DNA of 64,000 bases from Nitrososphaeraceae archaeon (lineage in GTDB: Archaea; Thermoproteota; Nitrososphaeria; Nitrososphaerales; Nitrososphaeraceae): assembly GCA_035250975.1 (NCBI GenBank), contig DATFEP010000014.1:44646-108645 (forward strand), in the 5' to 3' direction. Shown piece after piece: positions 34,000-45,919 of the stretch (position 1 is the first letter of the stretch; the number at the start of each line of letters is the position of its first letter). The position numbers and the translations under genes were made by a program. Below the pieces are notes generated by a model. It saw only the letters and a list, made by a program, of their open reading frames with translations. It made no database searches and was not told the origin of the DNA.

Positions 34000-34716
34000 T
34001 TAGTCGATTTCCTTTCCTATATCGTCTATATCTATCTTGTCTTGAGACGATCCTGTGCCAAATTTTTCTAGATGAGATTTAATCTTAGTTGGTTGGGCGA
34101 AAATTTCCATATCATCATGATAACTTTCAATTACTTCACAATTGTTATTTTGAACATCGCCATCATCGAGATCGAAATCTATTACAATATCAAAGTTTTC
34201 ACCACAATCAAAAGTGTCCGCCCCTTTTCCACCAATCAATACATCAGTACCCAGGCCTCCATAAAGTTCATCATCACCTTTTCCTCCCACTAATAAGTTT
34301 GAACCTATACTAACCTTTAGAATATCATTACCAGGACCTCCGAATATCTTATCGTCGCCTCCCGCGCCTGAAATTTTATCATTCCCGTCATCCCCATAGA
34401 GTACATCATTACCCTCTGAGCCTTGAATAACATCATCTTTTTCAAGGCCTCTGATAAGATCCCCTGTAGAACAACCACCAGGTCCTGTATTAAGTGGTGA
34501 AAATGCACAACCCACTATTACGTCATTACATTTTGTCCCAATAGTTGTAGTACGAGTACCTATTATGACATCGGCATCTTTCTTATCACAATCTTCCTTG
34601 GCTAGTACGTAGACTACAAGTTGTTCAGAAAATATCATAAAAGAAAATATTGTTGCTATAATTACTATTGAAATCACAATTTTATAACAAGACATTAAAG
34701 AAAAAACATTAATCAA
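34000..34716 (-). CDS. secreted RTX/hemolysin-type calcium-binding repeat protein
   Basis: tandem GGxGxDxL nonapeptides; signal peptide. Confidence 0.88.
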   Translation of the reverse strand: MINVFSLMSCYKIVISIVIIATIFSFMIFSEQLVVYVLAKEDCDKKDADVIIGTRTTTIGTKCNDVIVGCAFSPLNTGPGGCSTGDLIRGLEKDDVIQGSEGNDVLYGDDGNDKISGAGGDDKIFGGPGNDILKVSIGSNLLVGGKGDDELYGGLGTDVLIGGKGADTFDCGENFDIVIDFDLDDGDVQNNNCEVIESYHDDMEIFAQPTKIKSHLEKFGTGSSQDKIDIDDIGKEID

Positions 34717-35144
34717 GCAATCTCTCCTTTGTTGAGAGGATCATATTTAAAAAGTATTCTCAACGTTATTCTATCAAAAAAATAGCTAAAAATTATCATT
34801 ATTTTACTCTATAAAATATTTCCAAAAAAAGAGTGTAATGAATCTCGTACAATTATACTAGATTAATTTTATTCTAAAATCCTGTTATTGCTCTATGTCA
34901 ATAGTATAGCGCAAAAGTAAAAGATAGACATTACCTTGAAATATTACTATACTCTATATTGCCAACTTATCTTTTTTTCCATTAATAAAATCATTTGTTC
35001 TGAATATGTGGCAAGACGTGAATGTTTGGTAAATAGGTCACGTATGATATATAATTTTATACTACTTATTATCCACTACTATAATTTTTCAAATAAAAAA
35101 TATATGAAAATTTTTCAAATTTTTATACTTTAGGCTTTGTTAGC

Positions 35145-35660
35145 TTACATTACTTTTTCTTCAACTAAATTCTTAGCGTGAGCCTTTAACAGTTTTTGTA
35201 AAACTTCAGCAGCAAAATAACCTTTGACACTTTCTTTCAGGTCTAAAGCGGATATTCCTTCAGCTAAAGCAGTGAATTTTGGATGCTTTGCTTTGAAGTC
35301 TGCTACCTTTGCTTGAATCTGTTCGTCTGTCATCATTTCTTCTAATGATGAACCAGTTTGATTGCCCACTTTTTCTTCAACTATATTCTTAACATGGAAT
35401 TTTAGCATTTTTTGTATACCTCCAGCTGCCATGTATGCTTTGACAGTTTCTTTCAAGTCTAGGTTGGGTATTTCCTCAACTATGGCAGCAAATTTTGGAT
35501 GCTTTGTCTTGAATTCCGTTATTTTTGTCTTGATCTCCTCTTCTGTCACTGTGTAGTCCATAGAGTCAGCTTGTGCAATTGCATTTCTAGGGACAGATGT
35601 AAGTACAGCTGCACTCACTAACATGATTCCTATAGTTATGAAGATTGATACATTTTTCAT
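35145..35660 (-). CDS. secreted protein with two ~60-aa internal repeats
   Basis: signal peptide; FK.KHPKF..DLKE.VK.Y.AA...QK.LK.H.KN.VEEKV occurs twice. Confidence 0.8.
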   Translation of the reverse strand: MKNVSIFITIGIMLVSAAVLTSVPRNAIAQADSMDYTVTEEEIKTKITEFKTKHPKFAAIVEEIPNLDLKETVKAYMAAGGIQKMLKFHVKNIVEEKVGNQTGSSLEEMMTDEQIQAKVADFKAKHPKFTALAEGISALDLKESVKGYFAAEVLQKLLKAHAKNLVEEKVM

Positions 35661-35747
35661 GGTAGAAATACAATAAATATTGTACAATAAAAAACTAATC
35701 AATATTCTCTATATAGAGAAATATATTCATTTCATGAAAAACTAACA

Positions 35748-36818
35748 TCATTTTTCTCTTCGATTCTCTTTATTGCTTTTATTTTTAGTTATCAAATCTT
35801 TAAGAATATCAGTCATATTATCCTTTAATATCTCATATTGATCCTGGGTTATCTTTCCCCGAATAAATTCATGTTTTGTAATTCTAATATTTTTCATCAT
35901 ATTTTTAATAGAATTATCAAGATCCTCGGAATCTTGTTCTTTAAGAATATTTTTTAGAAAGGTATTTGCATTTCGTTTTTGGATATACTCCTTAGTAAGC
36001 CTAGTAATAGACGGAATAAAAAAGCTGAATACAGCTCCAATAAATACTGCAATATATTGAGATGGAATTTCACTGAAATTTATTAAGGGAATCTTTCCCT
36101 GAACTTTAAAATTCAGGTAAACTATCTTGTTATATATGTGTTCATACGTTAGTGAATTATTAAAATCTGAGTTGGTAAAATCGTTTTCTCTGATAACACT
36201 ATATGATAGATTCAAAGGAATAACAATATTTTTTTGTATATCATTAGTATTGACGATAATGTCCAGGGGAAGTGCTCCCTTTCCATCCAACATATTAAAG
36301 TGATTTCCTTGACTGAATTTAATTAACACATGATTATCAGAGAGACTTTTATTCAGCATTTCCGCCTTCACATTTAAATTATATAAACCAGTATTATTAA
36401 ATCCAAGAACTATCGAGTTCTGACCCTTAGCAATATCTATTGTTTTATCGTTTACAATCAAATCTGGATGTGGAATATGTATTTTTCCAAAGATATTGGA
36501 GAATTTGTATTCTTCTGATTTTCTTCCAGCCTCAATTAATAAGGCATAATTTAAAGGATAATTTATTTGACCAAGATCCAAAGTAATCTTCAATCCGTCT
36601 GGGATGATTGATATATATTTTTCATTGACTTCAGAGGAAAAGAATAATGGCTGAAACTCGTAGTCTAGAAGTTCATATCCCTTTATTACCCAGTCAAGTT
36701 TTCCAAATATATCTTTAGAATTCGAAGTTCTTGTTATTATTTCTTCTATCTCTTCTCCCTCGAGAATCTCTGGAAAAAAATCTGGATGTTTGTGTAGGTA
36801 CATTTGGTCAAGATGCAT
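35748..36818 (-). CDS. hypothetical membrane protein (possibly 5'-truncated)
   Basis: 356-aa ORF, one TM near the C-terminus, G.IT.DQYEIL short C-terminal motif. Confidence 0.65.
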   Translation of the reverse strand: MHLDQMYLHKHPDFFPEILEGEEIEEIITRTSNSKDIFGKLDWVIKGYELLDYEFQPLFFSSEVNEKYISIIPDGLKITLDLGQINYPLNYALLIEAGRKSEEYKFSNIFGKIHIPHPDLIVNDKTIDIAKGQNSIVLGFNNTGLYNLNVKAEMLNKSLSDNHVLIKFSQGNHFNMLDGKGALPLDIIVNTNDIQKNIVIPLNLSYSVIRENDFTNSDFNNSLTYEHIYNKIVYLNFKVQGKIPLINFSEIPSQYIAVFIGAVFSFFIPSITRLTKEYIQKRNANTFLKNILKEQDSEDLDNSIKNMMKNIRITKHEFIRGKITQDQYEILKDNMTDILKDLITKNKSNKENRREK

Positions 36819-36909
36819 GTTAGAATAGGAGATTTACAGCAAAATCCATTTTGTTAACTTAACAGGCTCACATATATACATAAGTGCATACTATTTCAAT
36901 CTGATATAC

Positions 36910-37951
36910 ATGAATGTAAATTCTAAGTGTATTCATATTTGGAGTATTATTTCTCCTTACTTTAAGTCTGGCAGTTATACCCTCGTTTAAGACATTCAAT
37001 TTCAGTTATGCGCAAATGACAGAAGGAAAGGATACACCTCCTAATATTATATTATTTATTGGTGACGATTTTGGTTACTCGGATATAGATGCATTTGGTG
37101 GCGAGATATCAACATCAAATCTGGATAACTTAGCAAAGAACGGAAAAATTTTAACAAATTACCATACAGTTCCTGTGTGTTCTCCGGCGAGAGTCGCATT
37201 GCTAACTGGTGTAGACCACAATATAGGCGGAGCAGGATCGATGTATGAATTGATTGCTGAGAACCAGATAGGAAAACCAGGTTATTAAACTTGGATAAAC
37301 GATAAAGTTGTTACTGTTGCTCAACTACTACGTGATTCTGGCTATCACACATATTTGTCAGGGAAATCGCATCTTTCCGGCAATCACTTTCAAAATGCAA
37401 CTTGGCCATATGATAAAGGATTTGAACAAAGTCTGACCTTGCTAAACGGTGGAGCTAATCACTTTAATGATTTTTCAGAGATTCCATTAGAGAAGATAAC
37501 ATTCGCAGAAAATGATCAAGGAATAGATGTAACAAGAACTATAGAATCACAAATAGTTTATGATTTAGCAGACACGGTTGCAAAATAATTCCGAGACCAG
37601 GCAATAAAACACTATATTCCAATGAACTCTATACTGACAAAATGATAGAATTCCTCAAGAATTCTACTTGCGGAAAACCACTCTTTGCTTACCTATCCTT
37701 CCAAGTTGCACATTCGCCATTTCAGTCACCACAAGAGTCAGTGACCAAGTACGAGAAGATAAAACAGCGTTGGATGGGACACAATAAGGGAAGATAGATT
37801 TAAAAAGCAGCAGGATCTAGGATTTTGGAACATAGATATGAAATTACCTGACAGAATCCTGCCAAACCAGCCCTGGGAAGAGCTCACACAAGAACAGAAA
37901 GACTATGCATCCAGAATATTAGCCGTACGAGCTGCAATGATAGAAAATTAG
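36910..37951 (+). pseudogene. arylsulfatase pseudogene (paralog of 42260-44068)
   Basis: PNIILFIGDDFGYSD, CSPAR, SGKSHL, SFQVAHSPFQ, AAMIEN fragments separated by stops, frameshifts and a short insertion; 3' half missing. Confidence 0.9.
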
Positions 37952-38943
37952 TTCTGAAACTCCTGTATCTTAACATGGCAGGTCGGTTCTGCTAACACCA
38001 AGATATCCAACTTGTATAGACTCCGCTGCTCCTATAAAAAACAATCTGCATTTCATTTTCTCTTTTTTTAGGATTATGAGTATACATATTGCTAAAATAA
38101 ATAATAAACATAGAATACATTCTATTACCAAGAGGAACAAAATCAACTTTTAATGATCATTTTGTTAGTATCTTGAAATAAAGTAATTCGATGGTTTTTA
38201 AAGCTATTATAAAGAGAAGTCAATAGTAGATCTTATATAACAAACTCTCTAAGGTTTACGATTTAAGATATCAATGGTATTTTCACATTTGTACATATAT
38301 TTCATAGAGTAGAAATCAATGGTATTTACAGGGATTTTGTATCACAAGCATATGAGAAATTAGTATTTGATTTTGTTGTTCTTGCAATCAGATGTTAAAT
38401 ACATTTGGAAACAAATTTAGCAAGAAACAGCAAAAAACAATATCAAATAATCTATAAAAGGATCAGCTAACCTGTATATCCATCCAACAAACGAAACCTT
38501 ATTGTAGTAACATTGGTGAGTAAAAAAGGTTGGTAAGTCGAATAAAAAATAGATATAACTAAAGGAAATTTCCCTGTATTCAACAAAGCATACTAATGAT
38601 GTAGTTATTGTAGATTGCCTCAATTAAATAGTATTATGAATTCATATGACATAGAAATAATAAACAATCATCCGGATACATAAAGATTGGTGATAATAAA
38701 ACATCTATTCCATCCTAGAAGACCAAGTACCAATCATTGTAAACTTTCCCATCAATTAGTCTCATAATATCATACAATGTTGTATCATACCGATAGATAA
38801 AATATCAAATATGACACAGCAGTTATATTTGTATAAAGTAATACGTTCAACGGAGACTTTTACATATATGAGCAAGCAATCAACTACTATTGATAAAGTT
38901 TGAAACCATCGAAAATATATACAAGTATTTAATTTGTAACGAT

Positions 38944-39435
38944 ATGAAGCCAGACATCAATATAGAATCTACTTTAGTAGTATTGATAGTTCTCACTCTT
39001 TCCGTAACTATAGTACAGTTTGAATATGCAAATACACAAACTATTAGTTCAAGTGATCATAAAGAGCTTATAAAAGAATTTAAAACAGGAAAGGACAATA
39101 TTCAAAAAGACATTCAGGTTTATTTCAATCAATTAATTAATGAAGTTAAATCACAACTAAATTTTAGTTCGGTCGATTCACATCTTTCATTGGCATCTCA
39201 ACATCTTGTAAATGGAAGAATATCTGAAGGATTATCTGAATTGGAAACTGCAAATCAAGAATGGAAGAATTCCAGTATAACAATTATTAAAACAGGAAAT
39301 GAATTTGTTTCTTTTGCTAAAAGTAATTCGACATCTATGAGTGATAGTACAAGCGAGATTTTAGATCATTTCGGAAATATTTTAGTAAACTTGGGAAAGA
39401 AAATTGAAAATTTGAGAATTGAACTTTCTAATTGA
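38944..39435 (+). CDS. hypothetical secreted helical protein
   Basis: N-terminal TM/signal; ATG 38944. Confidence 0.65.
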   Translation: MKPDINIESTLVVLIVLTLSVTIVQFEYANTQTISSSDHKELIKEFKTGKDNIQKDIQVYFNQLINEVKSQLNFSSVDSHLSLASQHLVNGRISEGLSELETANQEWKNSSITIIKTGNEFVSFAKSNSTSMSDSTSEILDHFGNILVNLGKKIENLRIELSN

Positions 39436-39729
39436 ATTACATCTAATTATATACAGTGAGATTATTATTTTAATAGTTTGAAAATATGTTAATCAGAATT
39501 GTCTTTACATCTTAATATGAGAAGATACACATGTTGAATCTATATGAAAAAGAAATTGAAATAATAGATGTAAATTATAGTTATAAATTTATTAGTGAAA
39601 GAGAATCCAAATCAACATCTAAAATTATTGTAAATGTAAGTCCGAATGTAGACAGATATAATTATAGTATTAACAATATGATGTTTGGTATTAAAGTTAC
39701 TGAGGATGAAGCTGGTAAATTGATCATAA

Positions 39730-40090
39730 TTGATAATTAAAAACCTAAAAGAATTTTTTAGATCTTTTGTATCAACCTATGGAAAACATATCGCATACAC
39801 AGATGGAGGTACATGGTATGATGAAGCATCTGAAATAATTGGATTAAAACATTATTTGCATTCGTCGGTGGAGAAAAGTTTGATGGAAAGAGTCAACCAG
39901 TATTTCAAAGATATAATAGAATTGAAAGTTTTGACGATTACTATCCATGTATGCAGAAAGAAGAGTGTAATCTATTTCATGTACATAACTGGATACGATT
40001 CTTTGTATCCATGTATAATGATACAATAACAAATAATAATTATGATTATGAGTTAGAGGAGGTGAATATTATCTTAAATTAAGAGCCGCT
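39730..40090 (+). mobile_element. IS6-family transposase 3' remnant
   Basis: YGKH..YTDGGTWYDEA..GLKHYLHS..EKSLMERVNQYFKD, then frameshift into FDDYYPC. Confidence 0.75.
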
Positions 40091-40392
40091 AACTCTATTT
40101 GACCTAATGAAAACATGGCAGATATCTGTTAATTTCTTGTAAAATTATTGCTATTCTTTTTCTATGACATGTATTGAGCTTTTTCATTAGTTCCTATGTA
40201 AGATAACAATAAATTTTGGATTTCTATTTTTTCGTCTTCCTATATTCTTGCATATAGATTGAAACATTTTAGTGTATAAAAACTTTAGATTGGGGTCTAT
40301 CTGTTTATTTTACTCTAAAAGCACTTTCTTTTATGACTAAAAGCTTGAAAACTCCGAGAGTAACAAACATACTTTTTCTGGTACGTAAGTGA

Positions 40393-40533
40393 TCGGTCAT
40401 CAAAAGATTATTTGGTGAATATATTAGATCTAGATTATTGAAAACACAGAGAAGAGAAATAATGTTTAGATCTATTGCATACAAAGTTCATATAATGATA
40501 AATGTTATTGTTACAAGATAGTTTCTAGGGACC
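40393..40533 (+). mobile_element. IS5-like transposase C-terminal remnant (different subgroup from the 9.5/51-kb copies)
   Basis: SVIKRLFGEYIRSRLLKTQRREIMFRSIAY; followed by GTTTCTAGGGACC, a possible terminal repeat. Confidence 0.6.
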
Positions 40534-40567
40534 AAAATATTATCTATTTCGATTATTATCGTAGATT

Positions 40568-40972
40568 ATGGAAGATATGATTGGAATGCTTTGCACAATT
40601 TTTTGGAATAGATCCCAAGATCGCTGGTTTAGGGGTCAATGGTGCAACCAAAATCTTTCTTCAAAAATCTCCTCCCAAGTCTGCTTCTGGTCTTCTATCT
40701 GCTTTACCGAAAAATATTACTGACCAATTTGATGACAATGATAAACAAAGATTTAAAACAACGCAAGATAATGTAAATCGTTATGATTTGGTAAAGGAGT
40801 TGTCAGAAATAACAGGTATAAAAGATATCGACAATTAGATAATTTTGCTGATACTATTTTGGAGAGTATAAAGCAAAATACCTGGATTGATTTAAGTGAT
40901 GGTCTTGACAAAGAAGAATTGTTACAAGGATTAAAAGATTTATCAAGACAGCAACAATCTCGTCAATTTTAA
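40568..40972 (+). pseudogene. frameshifted hypothetical protein
   Basis: MEDMIGML / AQFFGIDPK...IKDID / LDNFADTILES...RQF* joined by two frameshifts. Confidence 0.6.
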
Positions 40973-41171
40973 TTCTTAATAATCTCTTTTTTTATAAAAG
41001 TTCTTTAAGTATGTGTATAGTATATCACTATATTATTTATGGATAACAAATATAACATATTTAATGATATTTTACCAATATTGTTAAATAACTAATTTGT
41101 CTTCAATAAAGATTAAAATGGGCTTTTATGCGCATATCAATACTTATTAATACTAAATAATAATCTAGTTT

Positions 41172-41900
41172 GTGAATAACAATAACCAGGCCAAGAATAT
41201 ATCAAATAATGTTAGTGGTAAATCAAGGTCCAATCTGAGACATAAATATTTAGTAGAAATTGTTGGTACATTTATTTTAGTTTATGCCATTGCGTCTGCT
41301 GCTACTGTTTATTCAGACAGTGGACAATTAGGAGTAATTGGAATAGGATTAGTACATGCATTAGTACTAACAGCAATCATATACGCTATTGGTTATCGTT
41401 CTGGTGCTCAGGTTAATCCTGCTGTTACAATCGGTTTATTAGTAGCAAGAAAAATTGGAGGAAAAGAGGCAGCATTATACATAATATGTCAGTTAATTGG
41501 AGCCGTATTAGGTGCTGCTGTTGTATATGCAATGTTTGGTTCTGCAATGGCAGCAAGTGTAACTTTACCATCAGAGAATAATGTAATGAGAGCTTTTATT
41601 CTAGAAACAGTAATGACATTTACTTTAGTATATGTAGTTTTAGCTACTACTACTGCTAAAAATTTCAAAATTGCACCATTGGCAGGAGTTGCAATAGGCT
41701 TTACACTTGGATTTAATGTAATATTTGGTGGATCTATAACCGGTGGTTCTCTTAATCCTGCTAGATCATTTGGTCCTGCTTTGATGACTGGAAATTTTGA
41801 TTTTAACTGGCTTTATTGGGTTGCTCCAATCATGGGAGGCATAATAGCAGCAGGCATATATAAAACACTACATAGAGACTCAGATCTTGCTTTAGAATAG
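41172..41900 (+). CDS. aqpZ: aquaporin (MIP family)
   Basis: SGAQVNPAVT and GGSLNPARSFGPA NPA boxes, 6 TM. Confidence 0.93.
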   Translation: MNNNNQAKNISNNVSGKSRSNLRHKYLVEIVGTFILVYAIASAATVYSDSGQLGVIGIGLVHALVLTAIIYAIGYRSGAQVNPAVTIGLLVARKIGGKEAALYIICQLIGAVLGAAVVYAMFGSAMAASVTLPSENNVMRAFILETVMTFTLVYVVLATTTAKNFKIAPLAGVAIGFTLGFNVIFGGSITGGSLNPARSFGPALMTGNFDFNWLYWVAPIMGGIIAAGIYKTLHRDSDLALE

Positions 41901-42259
41901 CAAAGTAACAAAATCAATTATTTTTAATAGATCATCACCTGGTAAATAACATGGTTTCTGCCTGCAATGACTATGCGAACTAGACACAAATAATAGAACC
42001 AGATTTTAGTCCAGAAACTTAGATGAAACTTCTATAAAGGTCTAGACAAGAACAATTAAGAAAATACCATTTTTTAGTTTTTATTCTTAATTTCAATTAC
42101 TTTTGTTTTCATTTTCATATTTAATGGTTAGAACATAAAAAAAGTATCCTTCATTACCACGTAAAAAGTCATGTAAATATATATTATATATAGATAATAT
42201 AGAAAATAGATATCGTTATAGGTAAAATATATATTACTTTTTCCTTGATGGTTATTTAA

Positions 42260-44068
42260 ATGAAAAAATTCAGGACGTCATATTTTGTATCTATTTTAAC
42301 GGCATTTGTGGTTTCATTAGGTTACATGATGCCAGGTACTGTTCTTGCACAGAATGATAATCGTCCAAACATATTGGTAATAATGGGAGATGATTTTGGT
42401 TTTTCTGATATAGGTATATTTGGAAGTGAGATTTCTACGCCTAATTTAGATCAATTGGGAAAGGAAGGAAAAATCTTGACCAATTATTATACACATCCAG
42501 TATGTTCTCCAGCAAGAAGTACTTTTCTTACTGGCGTTGATAATCATATAGCTGGCATCGGTACTATGTTTGAAAACATTGCTCCCAATCAGGTGAATAA
42601 AACAGGCTACGAAACTTATATTACTGATAGAGTTGTCACGGTTGCAGAGCTACTACGGGATGCGGGTTATGATACACTTCTTTCAGGTAAATGGCATCTT
42701 TCAGGAAAGGGGTATCATAATGGTACTGGACCAGCAGACAGAGGATTTGATCAGAGCTTTACGTTACTTGAATCTGGAGCCAATCATTTCACGTATGGAC
42801 CATACTATCCTGGCGGTGTTACTACTTTCATAGATAATGACAAAATAGTTGAAAAACCAAATGGTACTCAGTTTTCAAATGAATTTTACACAGATAAAAT
42901 GATCGATTTTATCAAGAAATCAAAAGAGAACAATAAACCGTTTTTCGGATATCTTGCATTTCAGGTAGCACATACACCATTCCAGGCTCCACAGGAAAAC
43001 ATAAAGAAATATGAGGGAGTTTACGATGGTGGATGGGATAAAATAAGAGAACAAAGGTTTGAAAAGCAAAAAGAACTAGGAATATGGCCTACAGATATGA
43101 CATTACCAAAAAGCTATCCAACTTTTCCAGATTGGAATGCATTGCCTATGGATGAACAAAAACAAAGATCACAGATATTTGCAGCACATGCAGGCATGAT
43201 AGAGGACATGGACTATAATATAGGCAGGGTAATTCAATTCCTCAAAGATACAGGTCAATATGAAAATACTTTCATCATGTTTACTTCAGACAACGGTGGT
43301 AGTGAGCCATCTGATTCTCCTGTGGTAGTTGGAACCTTAGAGGGTGCAAATGATAAGGAATTAGAGGAATTTAAAGCAGGAGGGTTCAGCGAAACCTTTG
43401 ATGCCATAGGCGGCAAAGACTCCTATTGGGGATATGGCTGGCAGGGAGCCGTTATGTCAAATACTCCATATTCTGGAGTTAAATCAACTAAGTTCAATGG
43501 AGGAATAAAACCAGCATTTGTAATAAAGGAACCACATGCAACAAATACACCTGAACTTGATATTGTAAAGGAATTTGTTCATGTCAGCGATATGACTCCT
43601 ACATTTCTAGAATATGCAAATACTATACATCCTGGTTCAGAGTATAAAGGAAAACAAGTCAGTCCAATGATGGGAAAATCCATAAAACCACTCTTAGAAG
43701 GTACGGTTGAACAGGTACATAGGGATGATGAAACAATATCCTCAGAGATGTTTGGTAACCGTGCCGTATTCATGGGAGACTGGAAGGCACGTAATAATAT
43801 ATTTCCAATAGGAGATGGACAATGGAAGCTATTTAACATAAAACAAGATATTCGTGAAGCAACAGATTTGTCAAAAGAACATCCCGATATACTTGAAAAG
43901 ATGGTTTCTGCCTATGACAACTATGCAAAGGAAGTTGGAATTATACCACCAAAATATAGTGAACAACAAAAGCAAGGAGTAATGGAAATGTTAGCGGCGA
44001 CCAACCAAACAGAATTTACAGGGTTCCCAATGGAGAAGTTATTAGCAGGCTACCCAGCGGAACCGTGA
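42260..44068 (+). CDS. atsA: secreted arylsulfatase (Cys-type, formylglycine-dependent)
   Basis: signal peptide; PNILVIMGDDFGFSD, CSPAR, SGKWHL, FTSDNGG, W.LFNI.QDI.E. Confidence 0.92.
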   Translation: MKKFRTSYFVSILTAFVVSLGYMMPGTVLAQNDNRPNILVIMGDDFGFSDIGIFGSEISTPNLDQLGKEGKILTNYYTHPVCSPARSTFLTGVDNHIAGIGTMFENIAPNQVNKTGYETYITDRVVTVAELLRDAGYDTLLSGKWHLSGKGYHNGTGPADRGFDQSFTLLESGANHFTYGPYYPGGVTTFIDNDKIVEKPNGTQFSNEFYTDKMIDFIKKSKENNKPFFGYLAFQVAHTPFQAPQENIKKYEGVYDGGWDKIREQRFEKQKELGIWPTDMTLPKSYPTFPDWNALPMDEQKQRSQIFAAHAGMIEDMDYNIGRVIQFLKDTGQYENTFIMFTSDNGGSEPSDSPVVVGTLEGANDKELEEFKAGGFSETFDAIGGKDSYWGYGWQGAVMSNTPYSGVKSTKFNGGIKPAFVIKEPHATNTPELDIVKEFVHVSDMTPTFLEYANTIHPGSEYKGKQVSPMMGKSIKPLLEGTVEQVHRDDETISSEMFGNRAVFMGDWKARNNIFPIGDGQWKLFNIKQDIREATDLSKEHPDILEKMVSAYDNYAKEVGIIPPKYSEQQKQGVMEMLAATNQTEFTGFPMEKLLAGYPAEP

Positions 44069-44702
44069 AACTAGAAAGCAGGAACAAATTAAAATGGTTC
44101 TGGAAACGATATATTGAAAGTAGCTCTGGCATGGATTTTTTTGATTGTAACGAGCGAATTGATACAGTGCTGGATTTCAATTCGAAAGAAAATACTATAA
44201 ATTTAAATTGTGAAAATATATAGATCGAGTTCTTTGATCGATATTTGATAGATTAGAAAAAAATGGAAAAAGTTGTAAAAATATTAATACCCTTCTTTAT
44301 TGATTTTAACATTAAATTATAAAGTTATTTATTCAAATCTTTTAAGTTATTCGAGATTAAATCTATAACTCATTCACAAAAAAAGAATATGTAAAAGATA
44401 CAATTCATATGAATAACTGTGAATGGAGAGGTAATATGTTGGATATGGATGAAAAAGTTCATGGGTTTGAAAAATAGAATTAAGATGGATATTGTAATTT
44501 ATTTCAGTTTATTCATCATAATACAAGAAAGCAGGGATTTACGGAAATTCATTGCTATCAGGTGCGAACCATTCAGAAAATAGAGGAATCAGTTCTTATG
44601 AATATACAGAAAAATTTGACTCTTCTTCGTACCCTAAATTTGATAGATAAAAAAATTTCTAAAAATATTAATAATTTTGGTATGTATTCATATCAGGAGA
44701 AA

Positions 44703-45149
44703 ATGAATCATCAATATAATTTAAATATAATTTTATTAGTAATGATTAGCATTAGTGGTATATTTTTAGCTTTTCCTCTATTCGAAAATATATATACAAA
44801 AGATGATTCTGACGATTCTACCAAACAGAAAGATATTGATAAAAATGAATCAGAAAACAACAATATAATTCCTAATCAATATATTATATATCTCAATGAT
44901 AATAAACAAGGTAGCAATACTATTGACCCAATTGAATTTTTTAATTCTGAATTGAAAGATACTGGAACAGAACTATTACATGTGTACGATAATGTTGCAA
45001 AAGGATTTGCAATAAAAGTTCCTAACGAAAAAGTTCTAGAAAAACTGAAAGATAATCCATCTGTGAAATATATAGGACAAGATAAAAGAACAGAAGCTTT
45101 TACAAATTCAGACAGCGATGAACAGAAAATAACAATAAAAGTAAATTAA
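44703..45149 (+). CDS. stand-alone peptidase inhibitor I9 (subtilase propeptide-like) protein
   Basis: TM/signal; IPNQYIIYL, HVYDNVAKGFAI, L.DNPSVKYI.QD; no catalytic S8 domain follows. Confidence 0.8.
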   Translation: MNHQYNLNIILLVMISISGIFLAFPLFENIYTKDDSDDSTKQKDIDKNESENNNIIPNQYIIYLNDNKQGSNTIDPIEFFNSELKDTGTELLHVYDNVAKGFAIKVPNEKVLEKLKDNPSVKYIGQDKRTEAFTNSDSDEQKITIKVN

Positions 45150-45919
45150 TGACAATATATTACTATCTAATATATTGATAATATCACTTGGTATGTGTTA
45201 TACGGATCTTCGAACAGACACTATTAAAAGCTATATTAACGGTTGAGGTTATTGATTTTAATAATTAGTATGTACAACCCTATTCCGTCAAATTTTTTGT
45301 ATTATTTTTTCTTAATTCTCTTTTCTCTTTATAACATTTTTCTTTTTGTTGTTTCCTGCATTCAATCTTATATTTTGAGCTGATTGACTTTTATTTGTTA
45401 TATTTGCAGAAAAGCAAATAAACAACATATTGCGCAGAAAAAATTTCTATAACCTTTTTTGTATTTGTACCTGCTTGACCTCTAATATAATACAGTGGAA
45501 ATAAATAACCTGGACCTATGAGTAAATAAAACTCTCTAGATTGGATTTATATGCTCACAATCTATCTACCTAAGATTTCCTTCACTTTCATATTCAAATT
45601 TTAAATATCCTTAACAGTTTTATACTTCTCTAGGTCTTCCGACAGACATTCAAGATAAGTTTCAAGGTCTATCGGTACCGGAAGAAGAATGAAATATATT
45701 TAAAAACGAACTTCTTGTTGGACCCATTTATACATTTAAAAAATAAATATGCTCACGTCTTTCGAGAAAAAGATTCAATCTGAATATTAGACACTATCTG
45801 TTAGGAGATGTCAACCAAGATGTGCTACGCGGCCCAGCTTTTTTTAATATGTGAGAAAACGGACATATCAGCCTACAACAAAAAACTTAAGACTAACTAT
45901 AAAACTCATATATTAAAGC

